40,214 nt of DNA from a virus (Duplodnaviria; Caudoviricetes): positions 1 through 40,214 of the IMG/VR virus record IMGVR_UViG_3300030376_006444; one strand, 5' to 3'. A model generated the notes under the pieces. The model saw nothing but the letters and a program-made list of their open reading frames with translations, had not been told where the DNA came from and did no database searches. Made by a program: the position numbers and the translations under genes. Positions 29,739 to 37,340 of the stretch are shown here, in pieces (positions within the stretch are counted from its first letter, which is position 1; every line of letters starts with the position of its first letter).

Positions 29739-30042
29739 CAGATACCTTATAGTACTTTTGAGTTCCACGATTAGTCATAACTTCGTCATATGTAAGACCA
29801 CTACGATAAAGAGCTGAATTTTCTTTGTCGTTGCGATAGTCTTCTCTCATTTTTCTCCACAACCTAGATATAGTATCTGGCGTGACAGGCTTGTTAAACA
29901 TATTACGGATATATTGAACGGCATTGAGCTGTATTTCATGTGCACCAATAAGTGCATCTTTTCTGCTTTTAAACCATTCAAGGAGCATAGCTTCATTGCT
30001 ACGCCCCTTGATACCCATAACTTTTGAAAAATCGTAAGCCAT
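29728..30042 (-). CDS. Hypothetical protein, possible winged HTH
   Basis: 104 aa, TPDTISRLWRKMRE helix followed by a beta-hairpin-like end; coupled to the SSB gene. Confidence 0.5.
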   Translation of the reverse strand: MAYDFSKVMGIKGRSNEAMLLEWFKSRKDALIGAHEIQLNAVQYIRNMFNKPVTPDTISRLWRKMREDYRNDKENSALYRSGLTYDEVMTNRGTQKYYKVSDAD

Positions 30043-30623
30043 TAGAACGGCAATGAAGCCTCTGCTTTCTCTTTTTCAGCACCTTCATTCCAAAGTCCAT
30101 TAAGAGCTTTGTTAGAAGATTGATGTTTATAACCTTTAGGCGGTGACATATCATTCCACTTATCAAGTAAGAAATCTTTACCACCTTCTTTATCTCCAAA
30201 GTAGAACCATGTTTCTCTAGAGTATTTTCCATTAGAATCGTACTGTAAGACATAGACTTGTTCACCTATTAGTCTGCCTAATGTTACTGGTGCAATAGTT
30301 CCATCTTCGTTTAACTCTATTTCATTTGCTTTCATTCCTGTAGCAGTTTCAATGAAATGACATACTTTCCAACTTCCACCTCTAGTGTCATTATTACTGC
30401 TTCCCCAGTCTAACATGGTTTTACCATCTTTATGATGATTGCCACCAAGGTAAAACTTCTTTGGATAGCCTTTAACAGGCTCAGCTTCTACGAAAATATT
30501 GCAATCATTGTATTTTGATTCGCTATTTTCAGCTTTAGTGATAGTACATAAGTCAACATAAACTCCTTTAGGGAATTTACTTTGAGCACCAATACTGCCA
30601 CTTTGGCTATTAGTAAATTGCAT
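30042..30623 (-). CDS. Putative single-stranded DNA-binding protein
   Basis: Beta-rich core, C-terminal ...EASLPF tail, directly after the annealing protein. Confidence 0.6.
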   Translation of the reverse strand: MQFTNSQSGSIGAQSKFPKGVYVDLCTITKAENSESKYNDCNIFVEAEPVKGYPKKFYLGGNHHKDGKTMLDWGSSNNDTRGGSWKVCHFIETATGMKANEIELNEDGTIAPVTLGRLIGEQVYVLQYDSNGKYSRETWFYFGDKEGGKDFLLDKWNDMSPPKGYKHQSSNKALNGLWNEGAEKEKAEASLPF

Positions 30624-31478
30624 TTACTTCTCCTTTGCTTTATTTTCTACTAAATGATTTCTATCTAACTCTAGTTTATTTTTACTCAAAAAGGTATCAA
30701 CGTCGAAATTTGTTCTTTCTTTACTTGATACCCATTCAACAGCTTTCTTCTTTTTATCATCTGATAGACTAGAACTTTCAATAGACTTAATTACTTTATT
30801 TCTCCTTGGTTCGGTAATCTTACGATTGTTTGCAATTCCAGCTTTTACGTCTGCAATTAAAATCGTTGCGACTTCTTCTGTAACACCTTCCCAACCAGCG
30901 TCTTTCATCTTCTTTAGCCTTTCTTTATCTTCTTCGTTAGCTAGAGGGTCTCGACTTAATCTGTCTAATAAGACATTTTGGTCTACAGTTACTCCACCAG
31001 GCGTTGGTTTTTTACCATTTAACAAGGTTTGCTGAGGACGTTGAAGCTCTTTTATGTCTTCATTCATCCATAACTCAATACCAAATCCAGTTAACGTTGA
31101 GACACCTTTAGCAAGTGCCCTACGATATGTGTTTTCCATTTCTGCGGAATTAGGATTCAGTACTGCTTGATTTCTATTATCACGAACAGCAAGATATTCA
31201 TCATGTACAAACGTATCGCCATCTTCTGTTTCGTATGTTATTTTACAATGGACAATTACAGAGCCATCTGGTTGCATAATGCCAGCAAACGGCTTGTCTC
31301 CATATGTGTATATAATCCATTCGTGTCTTGCAAGTGGGAACAACTCTTTTAAGTTATCCCAGCATACACTCCATGAGAGGTAGGAAGCATCAAAGCTTCC
31401 TCCCCCAATGTTTTCTACGAAAGGTTTATAGTCTGTATCTCTTAAACTGTAAGCGTACAGATTTCTTTCTTCGTTCAA
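30624..31478 (-). CDS. Sak/Rad52-like single-strand annealing protein (DUF1071-like)
   Basis: SYLSWS, ENTYRRALAKG and GFGIELW motifs; TTG start after AGGAG. Confidence 0.8.
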   Translation of the reverse strand: MNEERNLYAYSLRDTDYKPFVENIGGGSFDASYLSWSVCWDNLKELFPLARHEWIIYTYGDKPFAGIMQPDGSVIVHCKITYETEDGDTFVHDEYLAVRDNRNQAVLNPNSAEMENTYRRALAKGVSTLTGFGIELWMNEDIKELQRPQQTLLNGKKPTPGGVTVDQNVLLDRLSRDPLANEEDKERLKKMKDAGWEGVTEEVATILIADVKAGIANNRKITEPRRNKVIKSIESSSLSDDKKKKAVEWVSSKERTNFDVDTFLSKNKLELDRNHLVENKAKEK

Positions 31479-31487
31479 ATCAACTCC

Positions 31488-32486
31488 TTAATTGTAAGTG
31501 ATTATTCCACTATTACTACTATGATTTGCCATTGCTTCGGCAATCCTATATGCATTCATCTTATCACGATGAGAAGCACCAAAATGAGTACCTTTTACCC
31601 AGTCTTTATGGTTCTTCACGTGGTCGTGATATTCAGCAATTGCATTATATGCATCCCACAATGTGCGACCTTTATTTCCTTTCCCGTTATAAAACAGGTC
31701 AGTAATCGTATCATAAACTGGTTTTGCTCTATTACGAACAAAGATACCAAGTTCAGGCACAGATTCTTTATGCCTATTCTTTAACCAAGGCATTACTGCT
31801 TCGATGTACAGCTTTAATGACTCTGGGGTCATTTCAACATCAACAAAACGATTCATGTGGTCCATAGCTAACGAAACGTTTCCTTTATGCTCATTTATTT
31901 TGTCAGTTAGCTCTTTTATTCGTGAATTAATAGAAGAGGTATGCCTTAATTTGTACTCATAGCCACCTTTCTTATTTAATGCCCACGTTAATGTATTATT
32001 ACATACAACACGAATAGACGTATCACGAAAACAACTACCTGATGACCCATCATGTGAGGTGTAAAGCAACACAAAACCTTGTATTGCATCATCGCCTACT
32101 TGAAAAGTGTCAGGAGTCTTTGCAAGAATCCATACTTTCTTTCCTTGGTCAATTACACCAGCAGTTTCAAACTTATATCCATAGTCTTGTAATACCTCAA
32201 ATGGTGCAAAAGCATCACGGTTTTGCAAGACTTCGTATTTGTTACCAACATTACCTATTGGCTTATTAGTGTCAGAGCGAACTGTTACAAAATGACCAGT
32301 GTCCTTCAATATATAATCACCTTCGTTATTATACATTTGATAAACAGTAGGTACTTTCTTTACTTCAAAGTTCATACCAGATAACTCTAACGCTTCTTCT
32401 ATCGAAGGAACTTCTTGTAATGGCGTTCCTAAGCCATGCCAGGGAGTCTCACCCAAGTAGAACATATTTTCAATCAGATGACCCAT
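31488..32486 (-). CDS. DUF932 family phage/plasmid protein
   Basis: GETPWHGLG, YEVLQN, FETAG, SHDGS, IRVVCNNT and GRTLWDAYNA motifs. Confidence 0.9.
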   Translation of the reverse strand: MGHLIENMFYLGETPWHGLGTPLQEVPSIEEALELSGMNFEVKKVPTVYQMYNNEGDYILKDTGHFVTVRSDTNKPIGNVGNKYEVLQNRDAFAPFEVLQDYGYKFETAGVIDQGKKVWILAKTPDTFQVGDDAIQGFVLLYTSHDGSSGSCFRDTSIRVVCNNTLTWALNKKGGYEYKLRHTSSINSRIKELTDKINEHKGNVSLAMDHMNRFVDVEMTPESLKLYIEAVMPWLKNRHKESVPELGIFVRNRAKPVYDTITDLFYNGKGNKGRTLWDAYNAIAEYHDHVKNHKDWVKGTHFGASHRDKMNAYRIAEAMANHSSNSGIITYN

Positions 32487-32676
32487 TTGTTCTTCCCATT
32501 GCTACCCAGAATAATTCTGGAGTTAATCGTTTAAGGTTTCCTTCTACACAACGTTGTGCCATTCTTTGAGCAAGGAAAACCATTTCTTTTTCTATCATAT
32601 TTACTGTCTGAGTGCCTAATTGGACACCAGCATCACTAAATATCTTTCTTATGTTTGTTATTGTTGGTCTTTGCAT
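32470..32676 (-). CDS. Putative short histone-fold protein
   Basis: 68 aa with helix1 (TNIRKIFSDAG), loop, long helix2 (TQTVNMIE...CVEGN), loop KRLT and short helix3. Spacing fits prokaryotic histones. Confidence 0.6.
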   Translation of the reverse strand: MQRPTITNIRKIFSDAGVQLGTQTVNMIEKEMVFLAQRMAQRCVEGNLKRLTPELFWVAMGRTNGSSD

Positions 32677-33179
32677 ATAGTTTCTTTATTCATGCTTTTT
32701 AAAACGTAATTTGTATCCCAATAGTCATCTACCCACAGATTCCATCCAGTTCTCGCCAAATTTTCGTATTCATCATCAGCACTATTAAACTCAATACAGC
32801 TTGTTACGTGTACATCGCTTAAATCAATTTTACTTCTGTGTTTTTCGAACTTAGAATTAATATCGAATTTCGATTGAGCAAGCCAAAAGCAAATTTCTTT
32901 CATATAAGCTTTGCTTATTGACCAGCTTTTATCATGTTGATAGACTATTGTGAAGTTTTCACCATCAAACTCTCTCATGGTGATTACGTATTTGTATTTA
33001 ACAGCTCTACTATTTCTTTTTATTATTTCAGCAGATAGATATACACAAGCATCTAACATTTCCTCAAGCGTTTCTTGAGTCCAGTTACGACCATCATGTA
33101 CATTTAATTGCTCTTTGTATTGTTTCTTGCCATGCTCTAATCTGTCTTTGATTAGCCTGACAATTGTTGTATTACTCAT
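32658..33179 (-). CDS. MazG-like (all-alpha NTP pyrophosphohydrolase-like) N-terminal domain plus unknown C-terminal domain
   Basis: RLEHGKKQY...W...LEEMLDACVY (EExxD) motif. Confidence 0.55.
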   Translation of the reverse strand: MSNTTIVRLIKDRLEHGKKQYKEQLNVHDGRNWTQETLEEMLDACVYLSAEIIKRNSRAVKYKYVITMREFDGENFTIVYQHDKSWSISKAYMKEICFWLAQSKFDINSKFEKHRSKIDLSDVHVTSCIEFNSADDEYENLARTGWNLWVDDYWDTNYVLKSMNKETICKDQQ

Positions 33180-33188
33180 AAGCTTTGT

Positions 33189-33251
33189 CCCAAAAAGAGA
33201 TACGCCCCCAATGTAGTAGTTGTAGATAGGTAGGAGGAGGCGTATCTTGGG
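33189..33251 (-). other. Intergenic hairpin with pyrimidine-rich, anti-SD-like segment
   Basis: AGATACGCC at 33198-33206 pairs with GGCGTATCT at 33239-33247; the stem extends by a G-U pair on the minus strand. Confidence 0.5.
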
Positions 33252-33260
33252 TGCTCTTCA

Positions 33261-33581
33261 TTAAGAAGCATATAAACGATTTCTAGCATAATTCATTAGT
33301 TCCATCTTTTCACGAATTTTACTGTCTAACATTCTATACACCTTTGTAGAGCTTGAGTGGGCAATCTTTGTGCCAAGTTTGACACCTTTATCATTTCGCA
33401 ATTGTTCAATATACTTAACAAGCTCATATTTACTTAAAGCTCGTATTTTAGTTACTTCATTTGCGTAATAATCTCCCTTAATCAAAGCCCTTTGTTTGTC
33501 TATATTGCTACGTTTAAGGGAAAGGGAGAACTGAATTAAATCATTCTTCGTTTCAGTAGTTAATAAGGTTTCTAATCTCAT
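33261..33581 (-). CDS. Hypothetical basic helical protein
   Basis: 106 aa, AGGA RBS, first gene of the leftward replication operon. Confidence 0.65.
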   Translation of the reverse strand: MRLETLLTTETKNDLIQFSLSLKRSNIDKQRALIKGDYYANEVTKIRALSKYELVKYIEQLRNDKGVKLGTKIAHSSSTKVYRMLDSKIREKMELMNYARNRLYAS

Positions 33582-33595
33582 ATTAATTGTCCTGT

Positions 33596-33636
33596 AAGTT
33601 AGGTTAGGTTAACATATTTATCAAGTATAAATATGT
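33596..33636 (-). promoter_or_regulatory. Sigma70-like leftward promoter overlapped by a palindromic operator
   Basis: Minus strand TTGATA-17 nt-TAACTT. The inverted repeat ACATATTTAT-N5-ATAAATATGT (33612-33636) covers the -35 element. Confidence 0.6.
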
Positions 33637-33709
33637 GGATAAATCTTGTTTATTTAGTTAACTTTGTACTAGAAGAAGTACATTATTAACAATTATAGGG
33701 GCAAATCAA

Positions 33710-34417
33710 ATGGGCAAAATTGATATGGTCAAATGGTTGCGAACCACCGACATATCTTACAGTGAGATAAGTCGTACAACAGGAATATCTCGTAACACCT
33801 TGTATTCATGGATAGCTAGTAACGCTGAAATTCGTGACAGTAATTATAATAAAATTGCTAAGCATTACGAGTCTTATTTTACACAAAAGGAGAAGATGGC
33901 TATGGACACAAGCCATGTGGGATTACTAGAAGACAAAGTACGAAGTTTAGACTTAGAAAATACAATGCTAAGAAAACAGCTAAACGACAAACAAGCAGAA
34001 AGTCACGAATTTGAAAACGTTAGATATGACTACATGGCTAACATCAAATTGAGCTTAAAAGGCTTAAAGGTCTACAGAACTGTTTTAGATGTAAATAATA
34101 TTGAATTACAAATTGAAAAACTTGGATACAGCGAAGATGAGCTAATGGAATTATGGGAAATAAATCAAAAAGTTAATCTTTCAGATATAAAAATGAACAA
34201 AATCGTTCATAACGATACAATAGATGAAATGGAGAACAAAGCAAAGACGCTTCCATATATTTTTAACGCCCTAAAAGACATGATAGGAAAGCACTATATT
34301 CCTTTCCCTATTATATATATTCACAAAAATGGAACTCGTGTTCCTGCTATTTCTTACAATTATATCAAATGGCACAAAATGGAGGTAATTGCAAAGGTTA
34401 AGTTTTTAGTTGCATAA
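33710..34417 (+). CDS. HTH transcriptional regulator with coiled-coil linker and C-terminal PAS-like domain
   Basis: N-terminal SYSEISRTTGISRNTLYSW HTH; C-terminal N...LGYSEDELM...IVHND...YIHKNGTRVP PAS/PAC pattern; the only + strand gene in the leftward arm. Confidence 0.75.
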   Translation: MGKIDMVKWLRTTDISYSEISRTTGISRNTLYSWIASNAEIRDSNYNKIAKHYESYFTQKEKMAMDTSHVGLLEDKVRSLDLENTMLRKQLNDKQAESHEFENVRYDYMANIKLSLKGLKVYRTVLDVNNIELQIEKLGYSEDELMELWEINQKVNLSDIKMNKIVHNDTIDEMENKAKTLPYIFNALKDMIGKHYIPFPIIYIHKNGTRVPAISYNYIKWHKMEVIAKVKFLVA

Positions 34418-34427
34418 GACAAGTAAT

Positions 34428-34458
34428 AATAAGGGGAGCAAATAGCCCCCCTTATTTT
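34428..34458. terminator. Probable bidirectional intrinsic terminator
   Basis: AATAAGGGG...CCCCTTATT stem with A/T flanks, between convergent genes. Confidence 0.7.
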
Positions 34459-34473
34459 ACCCACTCTTAGCAT

Positions 34474-34995
34474 CTACCAACTAGCTTCATACCAATAACT
34501 GACACCTAAGTCAGTAGGTTCTAGTTTAGAAACTATGTCTTCGTGATTGCTTAGAATTTTTCCTAACTGCTCTATAGTTTCTTCGACTTCTTCTCTATAC
34601 CATTCGTGACTTGTATCATTATGACCAAAGAAAAACCCTTCCGTAGGTGGTAAAAGTCTTTCAGCAGTATCATATTTCTTTTGGTCTAAAAGCCTTTTCA
34701 CTTCTTTGCATAACTCTAATAAGTTTTTTAATTGCTCATGAGTCACATACGCAGGTTGGCAGTTATCAACACCATCAGCACAATTTGCAACAAACCATCC
34801 GTGAATGGCATTAGCTTTACGCCAATAAGCTACTTCACTAGATATTTCATACACTTTATCAGCATTTAGATTGCTGTTCTTAGCGAAATTGCCACCAATA
34901 GACAATGTATGACCTCGTTTAGAGTTCCATTCTCCTTTCTTACGCCATTTACCACCATAATAATGTCTAGCAGTTAGATACATATCTAAACCCAT
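34474..34995 (-). CDS. Conserved phage hypothetical protein
   Basis: MGLDMY...YWRKANAIHGWFV...LLPPTEGFFFG...YEASW pattern common in phages; AAGGAGG RBS. Confidence 0.8.
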   Translation of the reverse strand: MGLDMYLTARHYYGGKWRKKGEWNSKRGHTLSIGGNFAKNSNLNADKVYEISSEVAYWRKANAIHGWFVANCADGVDNCQPAYVTHEQLKNLLELCKEVKRLLDQKKYDTAERLLPPTEGFFFGHNDTSHEWYREEVEETIEQLGKILSNHEDIVSKLEPTDLGVSYWYEASW

Positions 34996-35070
34996 TTAAA
35001 CCTCCTTTATTACGATTAAATAAAACATTACCAAACACAACAACAACAAAGAGACACCAGCAACAGCCAT
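34996..35070 (-). CDS. 24-aa hydrophobic peptide (not in ORF track)
   Basis: MAVAGVSLLLLCLVMFYLIVIKEV; AAGGAG RBS; fills the gap between two genes exactly. Confidence 0.55.
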   Translation of the reverse strand: MAVAGVSLLLLCLVMFYLIVIKEV

Positions 35071-35071
35071 A

Positions 35072-35458
35072 TTAGAGCTCCTTAACCTCTAGAATCTCTA
35101 TTTCATAATCACGAGATTCTACATTATCTATGAACTCACCATAATGGTCTTCTGCAACTTCATAAGCATGGTTTAAGTCTCTTGCTTCTATGTCAATCCA
35201 TCCATCTACAATAGCTTCATAATGAACGTCATACCTTTTAAGCTCATCCTTTTTCTTTACAACAGGATAATGAATATCAATAATAATCTGCTTATGAGGG
35301 TAAGGAGAGCTATTTACTTTTTCAGGTACAGTTGACGAAAACCAAAAAGGGCATTGTGCTAACCATTCCTGATACTGGTCTCTCATCTGAATAGCGTCTT
35401 CTTCAGTTAATTCGTTGAAATCATCAACATTTTTGATACTATACGTCTTCTTTATCAT
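35072..35458 (-). CDS. Acidic hypothetical protein
   Basis: 128 aa, AAGGA RBS. Confidence 0.65.
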   Translation of the reverse strand: MIKKTYSIKNVDDFNELTEEDAIQMRDQYQEWLAQCPFWFSSTVPEKVNSSPYPHKQIIIDIHYPVVKKKDELKRYDVHYEAIVDGWIDIEARDLNHAYEVAEDHYGEFIDNVESRDYEIEILEVKEL

Positions 35459-35663
35459 GTTTTTCCTTTCTAATTGACCAAGCCTCTACAAGACGCTCAG
35501 CTAAGTTACGAGGACAACCACGCTCTTCCATTAACAACTGAACTCCAACTCTGTTGTATATTTCTAAGCCATAGTCCTCAAATAATTCATCTAAATATGG
35601 AAAAGCGTATTCAGCCATTCCATCTACCATTATATCTAATTCACTTATAGTGTTTTTTTCCAT
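35439..35663 (-). CDS. Hypothetical protein
   Basis: Probable start MEKNT after GAGGG. Confidence 0.6.
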   Translation of the reverse strand: MEKNTISELDIMVDGMAEYAFPYLDELFEDYGLEIYNRVGVQLLMEERGCPRNLAERLVEAWSIRKEKHDKEDV

Positions 35664-35728
35664 AATTCTTTCCCTCATCTGACTTGTAAACAGATTGTAC
35701 CCTCGTTTAATACTAAAACATTAACAAC

Positions 35729-35886
35729 CTAGTGGATGCGGAGTCCTTGGTCTAGCTTAGATTGAAATAAATAGGGTAGAAGGGGATTGTAGCTTTTTTT
35801 TCGTGCTAACTGAGAGGTTAGATGGTTTGCCTACTGTCTAGCAACAGAATCCACTGTATTTAAGGCAATTTAAACGACACCACTAG
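35729..35886. ncRNA. Stem-closed structured intergenic element
   Basis: CTAGTGG/CCACTAG ends, with internal hairpins CTAAC...GTTAG and TTGCCT...AGGCAA. Confidence 0.35.
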
Positions 35887-35971
35887 ACAATATTTACTTT
35901 TAACTTCCTGGAATAAACTTAGTCAAGGTTCTCAGGACTTCGCTAACACTACCTTGATACTACAAATAATA

Positions 35972-36025
35972 TTACCACTCTCTGGTAACTTGGCTTTCTA
36001 GCCATTGAGCTTCTTCATCACTCAT
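35972..36025 (-). CDS. 17-aa peptide (not in ORF track)
   Basis: AAGGAGG RBS 4 nt before the ATG; MSDEEAQWLESQVTREW. Confidence 0.5.
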   Translation of the reverse strand: MSDEEAQWLESQVTREW

Positions 36026-36050
36026 ATAGCCTCCTTGTATAATGAAAATA

Positions 36051-36179
36051 TGCCTTGCGTCTGACATCAAGACCGTATGGAAGCCAGATAGATAGTTTTT
36101 GTGGTAACAAAATACACATAAAACACAAAGAAGTCGGATTGACTTTAAGAAACGTATCTACCAGTCCATAGACAAGGCA
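36051..36179 (-). ncRNA. Nested rod-like structured element
   Basis: Nested pairings TGCCTTG/CAAGGCA, TATGGA/TCCATA, TAGATA/TATCTA, TTTGTG/CACAAA and AAGTC/GACTT. Confidence 0.45.
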
Positions 36180-36183
36180 AAAC

Positions 36184-36480
36184 TTATTTTAACTCAATGA
36201 TTTCAATAGCCTTATTAATAGTAGCGACCATTATCTCTCTAGCCTCTACATCGCCACGATAATGGTCAAAGCTTGTTTTCATTGAATTAATAAGAGGAAT
36301 CATCTTTTTTAAGTTATGCACGCATTCCTCATCGTACATAACAAGCTCTGAGCCTTCAAAAGGTGGAGAGTTTTCCCCACAAGTGAGGCAAACACAACCC
36401 AACTCTGGAAACTCGTGAGCATGATTGATTTGAGTGTCACCACATGAACATTCGTGTTGACACTTTTTATTTTGAGTCAT
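36184..36480 (-). CDS. Cys/His-rich (Zn-binding) hypothetical protein
   Basis: Start MTQNKK after GAGG; CSCG...CVCLTC. Confidence 0.65.
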   Translation of the reverse strand: MTQNKKCQHECSCGDTQINHAHEFPELGCVCLTCGENSPPFEGSELVMYDEECVHNLKKMIPLINSMKTSFDHYRGDVEAREIMVATINKAIEIIELK

Positions 36481-36764
36481 ATTAACCTCAGTTATAAAAT
36501 TAAGCTGTGCCTCTAAGGTTAGCAGAGATATTGAATTTGACTTCAATACTGTAGATTAACCACTACAACACAGCGAAAACTTTCCCTGTCTTACATCTCA
36601 CCATATCTATGATTTCAACGGGTTTTGAACGCAGGAATTCTTGCCTATGTTAAGAATTCTCTTCCATTACTACTTAGCGAAGGCAGTAATGTATGTTGCT
36701 AACATAACATAGGACTTTATCAGATACTTTATACTCGCTAATTATCATTTTCTTACAAATTTAA

Positions 36765-36841
36765 GAGAACAGGACAGATTACCCTCATAGAGGAGTTATC
36801 CACTTAATGGCTTTTAGCGTATTCTGCTAACACCTGTTCTC
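36765..36841. ncRNA. 77-nt four-way-junction element
   Basis: The GAGAACAGG/CCTGTTCTC stem closes three small hairpins. Confidence 0.35.
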
Positions 36842-36852
36842 ACTTTTATAAA

Positions 36853-36951
36853 CTATACCAGCACCAGTAACAATCGTACAACGATATAACTCCCCCAAAG
36901 GAGGACACAAACAATTAAAACATTTTCGAGCCACTCAAAAAAGCTATCCAT
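36853..36951 (-). CDS. 32-aa membrane peptide (not in ORF track)
   Basis: MDSFFEWLENVLIVCVLLWGSYIVVRLLLVLV; overlaps the upstream ORF end. Confidence 0.55.
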   Translation of the reverse strand: MDSFFEWLENVLIVCVLLWGSYIVVRLLLVLV

Positions 36952-37078
36952 TAGCTTTATTTCGGGCTCTGGCTAACGCCTGTTGGAATTCAGGATGATT
37001 AGCACGGCTTACTTCTACCAAGCTACCGAACCAATTCTCAAATATCCAATACCTATCTGTTACGGCTCTTAAAGACAT
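36944..37078 (-). CDS. 44-aa hypothetical protein (not in ORF track)
   Basis: AAGGAG RBS; MSLRAVTDRYWIFENWFG...NKANG. Confidence 0.6.
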   Translation of the reverse strand: MSLRAVTDRYWIFENWFGSLVEVSRANHPEFQQALARARNKANG

Positions 37079-37120
37079 AACCTACTCCTTCTTATAATTA
37101 TTAATTAATAGCTTTACAGT

Positions 37121-37207
37121 TCAATTCATGTGTTTACTTCGAGACAAACAGAAACAGCCCAAGTCGCTAAAATGGCACTGGAAACAACTCTCATCTACTA
37201 CTTTCAT
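37121..37207 (-). CDS. 28-aa Cys-rich peptide (not in ORF track)
   Basis: AAGGAG RBS; MKVVDESCFQCHFSDLGCFCLSRSKHMN. Confidence 0.5.
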   Translation of the reverse strand: MKVVDESCFQCHFSDLGCFCLSRSKHMN

Positions 37208-37340
37208 AACACTCCTTTTACAGTTTCGCACTTTTTTAGTGCAAGGATTAAGAGATAAGGCGAGCCCTATCTCAAACACGTGAGCAGTTTAGCGTGATTG
37301 GAGGTTGCTCAGCACTTAACTCTGCATTTCCAGAGGTCGC

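Noticed and set aside
26381-32269. Plus-strand ORFs and 29999-30265 within the replication arm
   Set aside because: They overlap motif-bearing minus-strand genes and have no independent support.
36765-36841. Canonical tRNA
   Set aside because: Size and junction are tRNA-like, but the T-loop, D-loop and CCA consensus are absent; kept only as a structured-element candidate.
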